The translations under genes were made by a program, and so were the position numbers. This document shows positions 1 to 11,699 of a stretch of 57,589 bases of DNA, one piece after another. The stretch covers positions 1 through 57,589 of the forward strand of contig NW_021833667.1 in NCBI RefSeq assembly GCF_006345805.1, in the 5' to 3' direction. The notes under the pieces were generated by a model. The model had not been told where the DNA came from, searched no databases, and saw only the letters and a program-made list of their open reading frames with translations. Source of the DNA: Octopus sinensis. Its lineage: Eukaryota. Every line of letters starts with the position of its first letter. The first letter of the stretch is position 1.

Positions 1-696
1 TCTTTACTTGAAACCACCTGTAACTTAACTCCATTTCCCCCTACATGGCCTTGCTATTTGCTTTTGAGCCAAATTAACTAACTAACTAACTAACATAGTT
101 TTTTTTTGTTGTATAGGGTCTTCCATACTTTTTAAATCTATATCGTCGTATATTGGCAATTGAGAATTCTTTGTGATTAAATTGACTAGGAAACTGTACG
201 CGATGAATATCCAGTACCAAACCATCTTAATCTCCATATTTAAGCTGCATTACACTTTGGCAAGCTTGCCTTTACCTATTCTGAGTTACTTGAAAGGCGA
301 TGTCCATTCCTCTCTTCTAGTTGTTATACCTTTGTTTATCTACCAATGCGTCGTTTCATTGTAAGGATTGTATTTACCCCACCCATTATGATATTCTCGA
401 CCGTTGTCCATTGTTTTCAAATACGTTTTAGCATTGAGGTTCTAGCTCTTTTTTAAATAATCACATATGATTCGTCCCAAAGAACCAATCTATAAATAAG
501 AGTTTTGCTACCACTAGCGAAAGCTATACATATCTTTTAGAAAGCTCCATACCAAGAGATCTATTTTCCTTTTCCAGATAATACAAGTATGCCACCTAAA
601 AAGAGAGCACGCATTGGCAGTAAGACTTCTGCAGTGGCAAGGCAGCAGCGCTGGCAGGCTAAGGAAACTGAGGACCAGACTGATAAAAAGATGAAA

Positions 697-986
697 AGAG
701 CATTGAAAGTAGGATAGTACCTTACAGCTGTTTCAGCCAAGAGTCCATAGTACCCCACTCTACTTCCATCCCTTCAGTGAACTGAAGTATTTGGTAGATA
801 AGATTAAGGTACTTGGGTGTGTATCTGGGCTTCGTCAGAAAGTTTAGGAAGCCCAGAGACACACCCAAGTACCTTAATCTCATCTACCATCTACTTCAGT
901 TCACTGAAGGGATGGGAAGTAGAGTAGGGGTACTATGGCCTCTTGGCTGAAACAACTGTAAGATACTATCCTATTTTCTATGCTCT
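697..986. repeat. Inverted duplication (arms 697-833 and 848-986, 14-nt spacer) of a hammerhead-bearing repeat
   Basis: The right arm GAAGCCCAGAGACACACCCAAGTACC...TGCTCT is the near-exact reverse complement of the left arm AGAGCA...CTGGGCTTC. Confidence 0.95.
717..843 (-). ncRNA. Type I hammerhead ribozyme motif with a very long stem II
   Basis: Minus strand: CTGACGA (838-832), AGCC...~90-nt hairpin...GGCT, GAAAC (734-730), AGCT, GTA (725-723). Stem III is palindromic (ACAGCTGT). Stem I is weak. Confidence 0.65.
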
Positions 987-1165
987 ACGTTATATATTTT
1001 AATAATTACTGGTATTTTTATATATTATATATGTAAAGCATAATATGTTATACATGTATGTATATTGTAATAATTGTTTTTTTAAATAAATAAAAAGACA
1101 TAATATAATGTCTAAAAGTTGATGAATGTCACCTCTTGATCTCCTCCATTTTCTTATTGCTGTAT
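848..1165 (+). mobile_element. 5'-truncated copy of an HHR-bearing Penelope-like/retrozyme repeat (family 1)
   Basis: Collinear with 35403-35727, sharing GGCTGAAACA.CTGTAAG, ATAATTACTGGTAT, AATGTCTAAAAGTTGATGAA and the 3' end CTCCTCCATTTTCTTATT. Confidence 0.6.
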
Positions 1166-1356
1166 AAATTAAGGGTAAAGAAACTTTTTACCCTCACCCA
1201 TTTATTACATTCAGCACTGTAATTGCCATGCAATGAAAAAACACATGTGTATTAATAATTGGGTATTCTACCAGCAGGATATTGAGTAGATATTATCCCT
1301 TAGTTGGTTGGATTCAGAACCTCTAACTCTCTTGGAATTATATATATATATATATA

Positions 1357-1577
1357 TGGTGCAAAAGTAGGCATACAGTTATGAAAAAAGAAGACGTACA
1401 ATACTCATTTATTTTTACCAAAAGAATTTAAAAGCTACGATAAAAGTATTATTATGACTAATGACACGGAAAATATAAAAAAATGAGGTTAACTAATTTG
1501 ATGTACTAATAATTTTAATTTATTAGGTATTATAAATTGATGTCATACTTACTGTATACCTACTTTGGCACACCTCC
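1357..1577. mobile_element. Tc1/mariner-type non-autonomous element (MITE)
   Basis: Imperfect TIRs GGTGCAAAAGTAGGCATACAGT / ACTGTATACCTACTTTGGCACACC in a TA context. Confidence 0.65.
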
Positions 1578-1875
1578 TATATGTATATATGTATATATAT
1601 ATATAAATGAATGTTTTTATATATAATGAACGTGAAATACAGGACGGGAACAACACGGAACACAGACAAATCATTCGAAGCCTTCAATCTTCAGCAGACC
1701 CGAATCATCATAGCAAATTTCGGCTGTTCAATTCTGATATTGCTCCAACTCGGCCAGCCCCAAGAAAAAAAAAAAAAAAAACTAAGCTGTAAGCATTAGA
1801 TTTCTTGGTAGAGACAGGAATGTGTGAACGCACAAGACGGATGTGAATACAAGAGAGACGAAAACGAAAAAAAAA

Positions 1876-2289
1876 AAGTTTGAAAACGCCATTATATAAG
1901 ATAAATTTAATTTAATAGAGATTTTACATGTTTCGGTTCTTCTTGAAAAAACGAACCTTATCAAAAATATTTTAAAAAGTTAAGTGTAATAAAAAAGTTC
2001 ATAATTGTTTCTTACAAGTCTCAACAGAGTCCACGTGGTGGTGCTTTGTGTGTGTGTGGGGGAGCATAATGGCTGTCTTGTGCATTGACTAGATTCGTTG
2101 GCTGTAATTGTGAAAATGACCAGTGGCCGAAATAGGCTGCTGTTGAGACTAGTAAGAAACAATTATGAACTTTTTATTACACTTAACTTTTGAAAATATT
2201 TTTGATAAGGTTCGTTTTTTCAAGAACCGAAACATGTAAAATCTCTAAGAAAATTAAAATTTATCTTATATAGTGGCGTTTTCAAACTT
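1876..2289. repeat. Foldback element, ~150-bp arms (1876-2027 and 2140-2289) with ~110-bp spacer
   Basis: AAGTTTGAAAACGCCA...GTCTCAACAG versus CTGTTGAGAC...TGGCGTTTTCAAACTT; high identity. Confidence 0.9.
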
Positions 2290-2331
2290 CTTTTTCATAA
2301 ATATATACCCACTCGTATGCCACCTACACTT

Positions 2332-2383
<52 letters not shown>

Positions 2384-3128
2384 AATATATATACACATAC
2401 ACGCACATGTATGGGCATATACGTACTCATACATGTGTACGCATGCACACAAACGCTCATATGTGTACGCACACACACACATGAATACTCTTAGATACAC
2501 ACACACACATATACCAGTATCAGTATAAGCATTAATTAAACGAACAAAATAGAATAGAATACACAGTATATATATGTTACAAACATACACATATACTTAT
2601 AAATGTACGCGCGTACACACATACACGGTCAGGCCGCACCCTACACACATATACATACACACACAGTGTGATATACATGCAGTACTTGTCTGGAAGTCTA
2701 TTGCTATAACATTTAAGTACAAAAAAATTGTCAAAATGTCTAAAATAACAAAACAAAAACAAAAATAAAAAAAAAGAGTACTTAACGTTCATGTTTTAGT
2801 CATTACTTTTATGACTTCCACGTGGAAACTTTCAGATTTTACAAGGTGAAACGGTATATAATATTGTGTGTAGCTTTCTATACGCTGTCTATATGGTGTT
2901 ATATATATATATATATGTGTGGTGTGTATGCATGTATATATGTATATAGTATATATATATTATATGATATATATCTATTATATGCATATATATATATATA
3001 TGTATTATATATATATATATGCATATATTATACATGTATTATGTATGTATGTGGTATGTATATGTGTGTGTGTGTTTGGATATATATCTATAAATGTATA
3101 TATGTATGCATGTGTATATAGTATATAT

Positions 3129-3160
<32 letters not shown>

Positions 3161-3259
3161 ACATATACAAACATATGCAGATTATATTATATATTAATAT
3201 AATATATATATATACATATACACACATATGCATATAGCATATATGTATATTTATGTATG

Positions 3260-3295
<36 letters not shown>

Positions 3296-3310
3296 GTGTA
3301 TGTATGTATG

Positions 3311-3343
<33 letters not shown>

Positions 3344-3499
3344 GCCGCATCAGTGTGGAAAATGCTTAGTGGTTGATGGCGACTATCAATAATCCTCTTA
3401 GAAAACCATTGCCTAATGCTTCGTCGCTGGTGTCTGATGTAATTAATGGTTAAAGTTTGATGAAATTGAGTCAATGCTTGATTAGATTGATGTCTAATA

Positions 3500-3780
3500 C
3501 CTATCACAGACTCACACATTATTTCTTAAATTCGATAACGGGGCAGAGTGAACGATATGATCGCAGTATCTCGAAAGCGCGAGTTTGGCAGAGCCAAACA
3601 TGTTACAAAGTTCACAGATAACAGGTCGACCTGTGCAGTTGCCAAATTTTGTTCTAGCGATCGGAGAAGGCCACTCGGAAGTCCACCACGACGATGGAAA
3701 GACGACTTAGTTCAACGATTTGGGCAAAGATGCAAAAGAAAGGCGCAGATAAGATAGAAGCGCATTGTGACCAACGATAT
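3500..3780 (+). pseudogene. Degenerate RTE-clade LINE ORF C-terminus
   Basis: Translation ...AKHVTKFTDNRST...RRPLGSPPRRWKDDL...RKAQIR resembles the RTE C-terminal AGHV.R..DNRW...RP.GRPP.RW.DDL...AQDR motif. Confidence 0.7.
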
Positions 3781-5640
3781 ATAAGAAACAATAATATGGT
3801 CGATGCAGTAATACACTGATTTTCTAAACATCGTTTTAGTTAGGAAGAGGGAAAGTAGTACTTGTGACCCTTTCAGGATCTCTTTGACCTAAATTCTTAC
3901 CATTTAGTGAATGCTGCTAAAGGCACTCATGGTGCCGGGTGGGGATAGGGTATTCAACTGGGCCACAGATTACGTCTACTAACCTTGTAGACCATGGCGG
4001 GATTTGAACATAGAACTCAGTAAGCTGGGTCAAAATAAAGCAGGTTTACGGTTAGATGTTCTTAGAGTTCTACCAACCCACCACAACGGACGAATACTTT
4101 CTTAAGAGAACCCCTAAAGAATGAAAGGCAAGATTCGAACTTAAATAGTCGGAACAGATTCTGCCAAGTATTCCTTCGACATTCTATAACATTTCTACCA
4201 ATTTACTTCCATGCTATTTCGCCACCATTTCGGATAAAATTTGTAAGAAAAAAAAAAAAGAAAAAGATGTTTTGAATGAAGCAGTTTATCGACGCTATTT
4301 CACTGCTTTCATTATCGGTCTCATTAGCATGTAATTGATCAAATTACATTTTTCTTAATCCATATGATTCCAATTATTATCATTCAATGTATGAATGTCA
4401 TTGTGAGGACGTGTGACGTTGTCTACACTAGAGAACGGAAGAATATTAAAAGGTATTTAAAACATCTCATGGCGAAGAATAAATCAGCCGAGTGTCATAA
4501 AAAGAAATTTGATGTAAACAAACAAGAAAAAAAACATACAAATCCAGACGCATGTAGTTAAGAACCTCGGTTTGCAACCACTTGGTTTCAAGTTTGCATC
4601 CTCCAGGTGGCATCTTCAGTAACTGTATTTTATTGTAGCGCCCGACCAACTTAAGCCTTGTGAGTGAATGTGGTTGACAGAAAGTGTGGAGATACCTGTT
4701 TATAAAACGTATCTGCTGATAGTACACTACACTTTGGTAATTTTCTGTTGGCAAAATTAATAGACGAATGTAATTTTATATGCGCAATTTCACAGAAACA
4801 AATGTTAGAAATATATGACCGAAAGAATATTAAACTTTTAATACTTTTGATATATATTTAAAATAATATAAATTAATAATTTATGTATTGGCTTATGTTT
4901 TCATTGTTTGATTTACCTAATTTAATATATAATAATATAATATATTTTACTCTAAAAATTGGATTTAATCCTAAATCTGATTTTTCTCTGTAAGTTGGAT
5001 TATTCCCTAATTTTATTATTAATTTATATTAGTATATATATAATATTATATATATATATAGATATATATATATATGCACAATATTTATTTTAATAGGTAC
5101 ATATGCCTTGAATTATTTTTTTTTATTCCGGCTATACATACATACATATATACATGCGCACACGCACACATACAAATACATAAATGTATATGAGTATACA
5201 AATATCTAACATGATATATTTAATATGATATATAAATATGATATATTATATTATATTATATTATATTATAGAGCTAATGATAGATTCCTGTGGTGCAAAA
5301 ATATCTGATGTTGTTGAATGGGATAGCAAAATTTTGTGTGCACGCGCGAGAGAGAAAGAGAATGAAAGAAAGAGAAAGAATGGGGAGCATGTGTGTTGTA
5401 TGTATGTGAGTGTGTGTATGTGTACACGTGCCAGTAGCGTTTGACTTTCTCTGTCTTTCCCACTGTTTACCTGACAATTTGCTGTATGCGTCTTAAAGCT
5501 CGTCATTGTCGTGAAGATTAAGCTTCTGACTAGTTAGTCTATTATCTATATATCGATAAGCATGTTCTTACCTTCCTTTGTAAAATATGTATAACAGTAT
5601 ATTGAAGATATTTAAGTTTTTCCGATTATCTGTATATTAA

Positions 5641-5788
5641 TAACCATACACCTAATATTGTTAAAAAAAGATGTGCAACGTATATCCTGGATACAGGTAT
5701 TAACAACTATATAACATCAAGTGCTTCTTAAATTATTCTATTACCGAAATGGAGCGTGGTGTGTTACCGGCAACAATGATCATAGAGC
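5641..5788 (+). repeat. 148-bp dispersed direct repeat, copy 1 (copy 2 at 8667-8814)
   Basis: TAACCATACACCTAATATT...CAACAATGATCATAGAGC is present twice with few mismatches. Confidence 0.9.
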
Positions 5789-6611
5789 ACACCAGCGAAA
5801 ATTTAATCGAGAGAGGAAGAAGACAAATTCGGGAAAAGACAAAGAAAAGAAATATGGGATTAGGAATAAAGAGAGGCAAATAAAGATCGTAGAGAAGCAT
5901 TAATTCAGGTGGCAAGGAATTGAATTAATGCAAGAAATGGTGCTAGAAGGTGTCATGAACGACGAAGCTGAAGCTAATAGGGAAAGAATGAGAATTATTA
6001 ATCAAGAAAGAAGGCAAATTATGAATGATGATGATAGACAAGAATATTTGTAACAAACCAGAATGGGAAACAGACTAGGACAGAAGACATGACTGAAGAG
6101 AATAGATGAGATTTCTAAGAACATAATCAAAGGATAATGAAAGAAATGACAGGTTATTATTACTGAATGGAGAGATGTTTATGATTGATACTGTATCAAA
6201 AATGGATCGTGGAATTTTCACGGCTACTGATTGCATACATACATTTAAATATAGCAAAACAAGATATTGGAAAGAATTTTTGGTATCATTTATTCATCAT
6301 TACACGTGTTTCATTTGCTGATAGGAGTTACAAAATTGTACATTTAGGAGAAACATGTAAACAACCTATTAGGAATTCTTCAGAAAGAGAATAAAATAAT
6401 ACAAAATTTGCATTTGGAAAATGCTTTTATTTATATTCAGTAATCAGGAGTGCTATAGATAGTTGCATATACAGATAGTTGTGTATACAGTTGTATATAC
6501 AGTGTGTGTGTATGTGTGTGTGTGTAAAACGAAACAACAAAAGTTAAAAGGACGTACACATGGAATGTATTAGCTTGACACTCAGTATAAGATGGTAAAA
6601 AAAGAGTGGGT

Positions 6612-6646
6612 GTATAACGTTTCGAGTTTGGTTCTTAGTCAGAAAG
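6612..6646 (-). ncRNA. Degenerate minimal hammerhead motif
   Basis: Minus strand CTGACTA-AGAACCAAACTC-GAAACGTT. It has a G8>T change and poor stems, and resembles the 47932-47966 motif. Confidence 0.35.
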
Positions 6647-6904
6647 AGGGGAATGGAAAGGTCCGGATAGAAGGAAAAACGTTCAAGAAAAGCACATGTG
6701 TGGTTACATGGTTGAAGTGACCGGAAGTGGAGAGTGATAGAGAAAGTGGCTTTTGAAGGCAGAAGGGTGCAAAAATGGCCGGTGTGTGTGGGGGGTAGTA
6801 TTTGTGTGCGTATATCTCTGTGTTCATGTGAGTGATGTATATGCAAGGAGTGGTGTGGAACGTTATGTGTGTGTGTGTGTGTGTGCGCGCGCGCGTGTAT
6901 GTTG

Positions 6905-7092
6905 TGACCCCCTTCAGTCATGAATGACAATGGATTGCACCTAGAAAGTTACCTCCCGAGGCACAATTCTGGGCAAGATTGTTTATGGAAGACCAGCAGT
7001 CGCCCACGCATACCAGTCTCCCCTCTCCTCGCCACTGATGTTATCCGAGGGAAAGGCCGATACAGCTTGGCCCTTGTGACGTCGCAGCTAAT
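6905..7092 (-). mobile_element. SINE family D fragment
   Basis: Reverse complement of 50285-50541 (GATTGCACCTAGAAAGTTAC...GGAAGACCAGCAGTCGCCC...GATACAGCTTGG). Confidence 0.75.
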
Positions 7093-7095
7093 TTA

Positions 7096-7401
7096 TTAAG
7101 TGCAAGTGGCTGAGCACTCCACAGACACGTGTACCCTTAACGTAGTTCTAAGGGAGATTCAGTGTGACACAGAGTGTGACTAGGCTGGCCCTTTGAAATA
7201 CAGGTACAACAGAAACAGGAAGAAAGAGTGAGAGAAAGTTGTGGTGAAAGAATATAGCAGGGTTCACCCCCCCCCTGCCGGACCCTCGTGGAGCTTTAGG
7301 TGTTTTCGCTCAATAAACATCACAATACCCGGTCTGGGTATTGAAACCGCGATCCTACGACCGCAATTCCGCTGCCCTAAACACTGGGCCACTGCACCTC
7401 C
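7096..7401 (-). mobile_element. tRNA-derived SINE family C
   Basis: Reverse complement of the 49702-50069 family; A-box/B-box-like head TGGCCCAGTG / GGTTTCAATAC. Confidence 0.85.
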
Positions 7402-7551
7402 ACTGTACGTATGTATAGATAGATAAATACATGTACACATATTTATATACACACACATATGTACGTATATGCAAATTACATAAATGCATATACAGACACA
7501 CGCATATAATATATACATATACATAGATATAGACAAACACGCGTACGCATA

Positions 7552-7722
7552 CCTATTTTCTTACTATCCACAAGGGGCTAAACACAGAGAGGACAAACAA
7601 GGGCAGACAAAGGGATTAAGTCGATTATATCGACCCCAGTGTGTAACTGGCACTTATTTAATCGACCCCGAAAGAATGAAAGGCAAAGTCAACCTTGGCG
7701 GAATTTGAACTCAGAACGTAGC
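7552..7722 (-). mobile_element. SINE family B fragment
   Basis: Matches the reverse complement of 33700-33860 (GTTCTGAGTTCAAATTCCGCC...CTTTCGGGGTCGAT...GTACCAGTTAC). Confidence 0.85.
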
Positions 7723-8293
7723 AAACACGCGTACGCATACCGACAAATACTAACATTTATTATATATATAGTAAATATTAGTCAAATTCCTGAGGTTTTT
7801 GCTTGTTAAGAATGAATCCAATATCTGATACGCATTAAATTTATTCGACCAAGTAGTTATTCTCCGCCTCCCATCATTCAACACCACCGTCTGTTTTGTT
7901 AGAACATCTCCGTACATTTTAAGTCCTAGTTCAAAATAAGGTCCGACTTAAACCCTGCATTTCTAGAATGTGATTTTGTTGTTTACTTGTTACGTCATCT
8001 CCCCCCATCTCGTACAGTAGACTTACCCCTTGCTTTCGTAGAACGGAGTAGAAATTATTTATTGTTCAATGTAAATGTTAATTCACATGCCATGCCGTTT
8101 TACATAGTATTGTATGAAAATATTACATAAAATGGTATGACATGGGAATCACACAAATAATGATAATAATACTATACATATATTCGTGTGAGAGTGCGCG
8201 CATACACGTCACACTTGTCACTCTTTCTCACTCTCACACATATATGTATATATTATTGATACATATAGTGTGTGTGTGTGTGTGTGTGTGTAT

Positions 8294-8480
8294 TTCTTTA
8301 AAATAAAACTGGATCTCTTCCTGTCAGGTGTCCCACGGCAAGAGGTGCAGATGAGGGCAGCTGCATCGAACTCTCTCATGCACCAAATGGCAATTGCTAA
8401 AAAGCATTCGTGAAGTAAAATCATGTAGCAACACCAAATGGCGGTGCCCCAGCATGTCCACAGCTCGTGAGCTGAAACTA
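8294..8480 (+). mobile_element. 3' end of a CR1-group LINE (same family as 52405-53265)
   Basis: Encodes [13 protein letters not shown]...[16 protein letters not shown], matching [13 protein letters not shown]...[16 protein letters not shown] in ORF 52453-53151. Followed by a GGCGGTGCCCCAGCATG tail. Confidence 0.85.
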
Positions 8481-8513
8481 GATGAAAAAAATATATATGT
8501 ATATATATATATA

Positions 8514-8554
<41 letters not shown>

Positions 8555-8633
8555 ATATATATATATATGTATATATGTATGTATGTATGTATGCATGTAT
8601 GTATGTATGTATGTATGTATGTATGTATGTATG

Positions 8634-8665
<32 letters not shown>

Positions 8666-8666
8666 A

Positions 8667-8814
8667 TAACCATACACCTAATATTCTTCTAAAAAGATGT
8701 GTAACGTATATCTTGGATACAGGCATTACCAATTATATAACATCAAGTGCTTCTTAAATTATTCTATTACCGAAATGGAGCGTGGTGTGCTACCGGCAAC
8801 AATGATCATAGAGC
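8667..8814 (+). repeat. 148-bp dispersed direct repeat, copy 2
   Basis: Near-identical to 5641-5788. Confidence 0.9.
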
Positions 8815-10125
8815 TACGTTCTGGGTTCAAATTCCGTCGAGGCCAACTTTCGGGGCTTGATGAAATAAGCCCCAGTTGAATATTGGGATCGATGTAATCG
8901 ACTCATCCTCTCCACCAAAATTAGCTGCTCTTGTGACAAAATTTGAAACCGTTATTATTATCTGTTATTATTATCTGTTCTTACAATTAATAGTGTCCGG
9001 AGCCCTCTTCTTCTCTACCCTCACTTTCTTACCGTATATGTGTGTATGTGTGTATGTGAGAGAGAGAGCATGTGTGTGTGTGTGTGTGCACGTCTATGCG
9101 AGCGTTTGTGAGCGCATGCGGGTCTTCTGGAGTATATATGGTTGTAGGCGTGGCATTGGTATCCTTCCTTTCTCCACCCCATCGCATTTTTCTTTCACTC
9201 ATTCCCACTTTCTCATTTCTTTTATCGTCTGTTCTGCAACAATAACCAGATGGTCGTTAGCATGCATATTGATATATAAGAGTCTGTAATTTATTTTTAC
9301 GTTGCATATTTGTTTATAATACTGAGGAAGTAATGTGTGATTGTATTACGTAATAGAGCCAACTGGCTTATGTAACCTCGGCATTTGGCTTACTGAAACA
9401 CGTGTATATTATATAACGCATAAAACACCAATTACGCTTATGATTTTATTTTTTCCATATGGAAGCTCAGAGTCTACACATTAGTCTATCTACAGTTGTA
9501 ACGGTTGCTGTCAAAGCGTGTCGAGCATAGGAGTGGAATGTGGAACGTTTCCATCATGCTCGGATTTATTGCTAGCGTATCGTGCCTTCCAGTGTACCTT
9601 TTAAAAATATCTGTCCATATATGTATAGATGGAGGGATAGCGAGAGAGGAAAACAGAAGAGTGACGGGGAGAGAAGTAGAAGGAGAGAGAGGGAAAAAGA
9701 GACGGTAAGAGAGGGAGAGAAAGACATACTTAAAGAAAGTGATGCAAAAGTTCCTCTAGCATTTAAATATGTCATTTTCATTTTTTGTTGTAAATATCTT
9801 ATGATATAGCGAACTCAAATTATTACATTATATAAAAGGGCTTAGTAAAATAAATTACTTGGTGAAATTGATTAATTAATTAATTTTACCCTCAATTGTT
9901 GAAATTATAATTCATCTCTCTCTATATAATGCCTTGGATTTCACCGAAAACAGCATAGTGTTTACTGATTTTAACCCACGCTGGTGGAAAGGGGAGAGCA
10001 GAAATTCTTCGCTTGCATTTTTGAGTTTGTTGGCACTGTTAGTGTCGAGCAGATCTTCAGAAGCGAGAAGAAGCCGAAAGGGTATGCTCCCACTTTCAGT
10101 GTTTTCAAATCCAAACCAAGGGTTC

Positions 10126-10178
10126 TGAGCTGATGATAGAAATGTCGAGTTTGACTAATCTTGAAACGTACGTTCTCA
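10126..10178 (+). ncRNA. Type I hammerhead ribozyme, unit 1
   Basis: TGAG-CTGATGA (10130-10136)-stem II with GTC/GAC hairpin-GAAAC (10163-10167)-GTAC-GTT^CTCA. Palindromic stem III AACGTACGTT. Predicted cut 10174/10175. Confidence 0.8.
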
Positions 10179-10689
10179 AATAACCTTTGCATTTGATTTT
10201 TTTAATGGTCTCTACCCCCATACTTCCGTGAGTTGAATTGAGCAAACACTATATGAGGAGAGGTTTTCTTTAAGTATTAGAAATAGTTTTAGAAAAAAGT
10301 TTTTTTTGGCTGCTATTTCTAATGAGTTCAGTATGCGGCAAAGTAATTTATTTTACTAAGCCCTTTTATATATATGTAATAATTTGAATTCGCCTTAAAT
10401 GGTCCCTTTGCATACTGAATACTTGGTGAAATTGATTAATTAATTAATTTTACCCTCAATTGTTGAAATTATAATTCATCTCTCTCTATATAATGCCTTG
10501 GATTTTACCGAAAAAAGCATAGTGTTTACTGATTTTAACCCACGCTGGTGGAAAGGGGAGAGCAGAAATTCTTCGCTTGCATTTTTGAGTTTGTTGGCAC
10601 TGTTAGTGTCGAGCAGATCTTCATAAGCGAGAAGAAGCCGAAAGGGTATGCTCCCACTTTCAGTGTTTTCAAATCCAAACCAGGAGTTC

Positions 10690-10743
10690 TGAGCTGATGA
10701 TGAGAAATGTCGAGTTTGACTAATCTTGAAACGTACGTTCTCA
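10690..10743 (+). ncRNA. Type I hammerhead ribozyme, unit 2
   Basis: CTGATGA 10694-10700, GAAAC 10728-10732, GTT^CTC, predicted cut 10739/10740. Stem II GAGA..GTC/GAC..TCTT. Confidence 0.8.
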
Positions 10744-11245
10744 AATAACCTTTGCATTGATTTTTTAATGTCTCTACCCCCATACTTCCGTGAGTTGAAT
10801 TGAGCAAACACTATATGAGAGAGGTTTTCTTAAGTATTAGAAATAGTTTTAGAAAAGTTTTTTTTGCTGCTATTTCTAATGAGTTCAGTATGCGGCAAAG
10901 TAATTTATTTTACTAAGCCCTTTTATATAATGTAATAATTGAATTCGCCTTAAATGGTCCCTTTGCATACTGAATACTTGGTGAAATTGATTAATTAATT
11001 AATTTTACCCTCAATTGTTGAAATTATAATTCATCTCTCTCTATATAATGCCTTGGATTTTACCGAAAAAAGCATAGTGTTTACTGATTTTAACCCACGC
11101 TGGTGGAAAGGGGAGAGCAGAAATTCTTCGCTTGCATTTTTGAGTTTGTTGGCACTGTTAGTTCGAGCAGATCTTCAGAAGCGAGAAGAAGCCGAAAGGG
11201 TATGCTCCACACTTTCAGTGTTTTCAAATCCAAACCAGGGAGTTC

Positions 11246-11298
11246 TGAGCTGATGATAGAAATGTCGAGTTTGACTAATCTTGAAACGTACGTTCTCA
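11246..11298 (+). ncRNA. Type I hammerhead ribozyme, unit 3
   Basis: CTGATGA 11250-11256, GAAAC 11283-11287, predicted cut 11294/11295. Confidence 0.8.
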
Positions 11299-11585
11299 AT
11301 AACTTTGCATTTGATTTTTTTCAATCTCTACCCCCATACTTCCGTGAGTTGAATTGAGCAAACACTATATGAGAGAGGTTTTCTAAGTATTAGAAATAGT
11401 TTTAAAAAAGCTTTTTAGCTGCTATTTCTAATGAGTTCAGTATGCGGCAAAGTAATTTATATTACTAAGCCCTTTTATATAATGTAATAATTTGAATTCG
11501 CTTAAATGGTCCCTTTGCATACTGAATACTTGGTGAAATTGATTAATTAATTAATTTTACCCTCAATTGTTGAAATATATATATT

Positions 11586-11649
<64 letters not shown>

Positions 11650-11699
11650 ATGTATGTATCTGTATGTATGTATGTATGTGTGTGTGTATATGTTTGTGC

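Larger units (their letters stand above)
9809..11575 (+). mobile_element. Head-to-tail array of ~555-565-bp HHR-containing units with an inverted 5' fragment (non-LTR retrozyme / Penelope pLTR-like)
   Basis: Unit starts ACTTGGTGAAATTGATTAATT at 9857, 10421, 10976 and 11528 (last one partial). 9809-9860 is the reverse complement of an internal unit segment. There is one HHR per unit. Confidence 0.85.

Noticed and set aside
1670-1730. Minus-strand CTGAAGA followed by GAA
   Set aside because: Lacks GAAA plus stem III in the correct order.
4575-4625. Minus-strand CTGAAGA...GAAACCAAGTGGTT motif
   Set aside because: Stem III is plausible, but stems I and II do not pair in register.
9494-9603. Cys-rich open frame after a CAG (CNGCCQSVSSIGVECGTFPSCSDLL...)
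   Set aside because: Weak polypyrimidine tract, no strong donor and no recognisable domain; insufficient support.
9934-11357. Repeated 64-111 aa ORFs within the tandem array
   Set aside because: Frames and stops differ between units and no motif is recognisable; the conserved features are RNA structures.
9857-11575. CRISPR-like repeat-spacer interpretation of the periodic region
   Set aside because: Whole ~555-bp units repeat, with no unique spacers, in a eukaryotic context.
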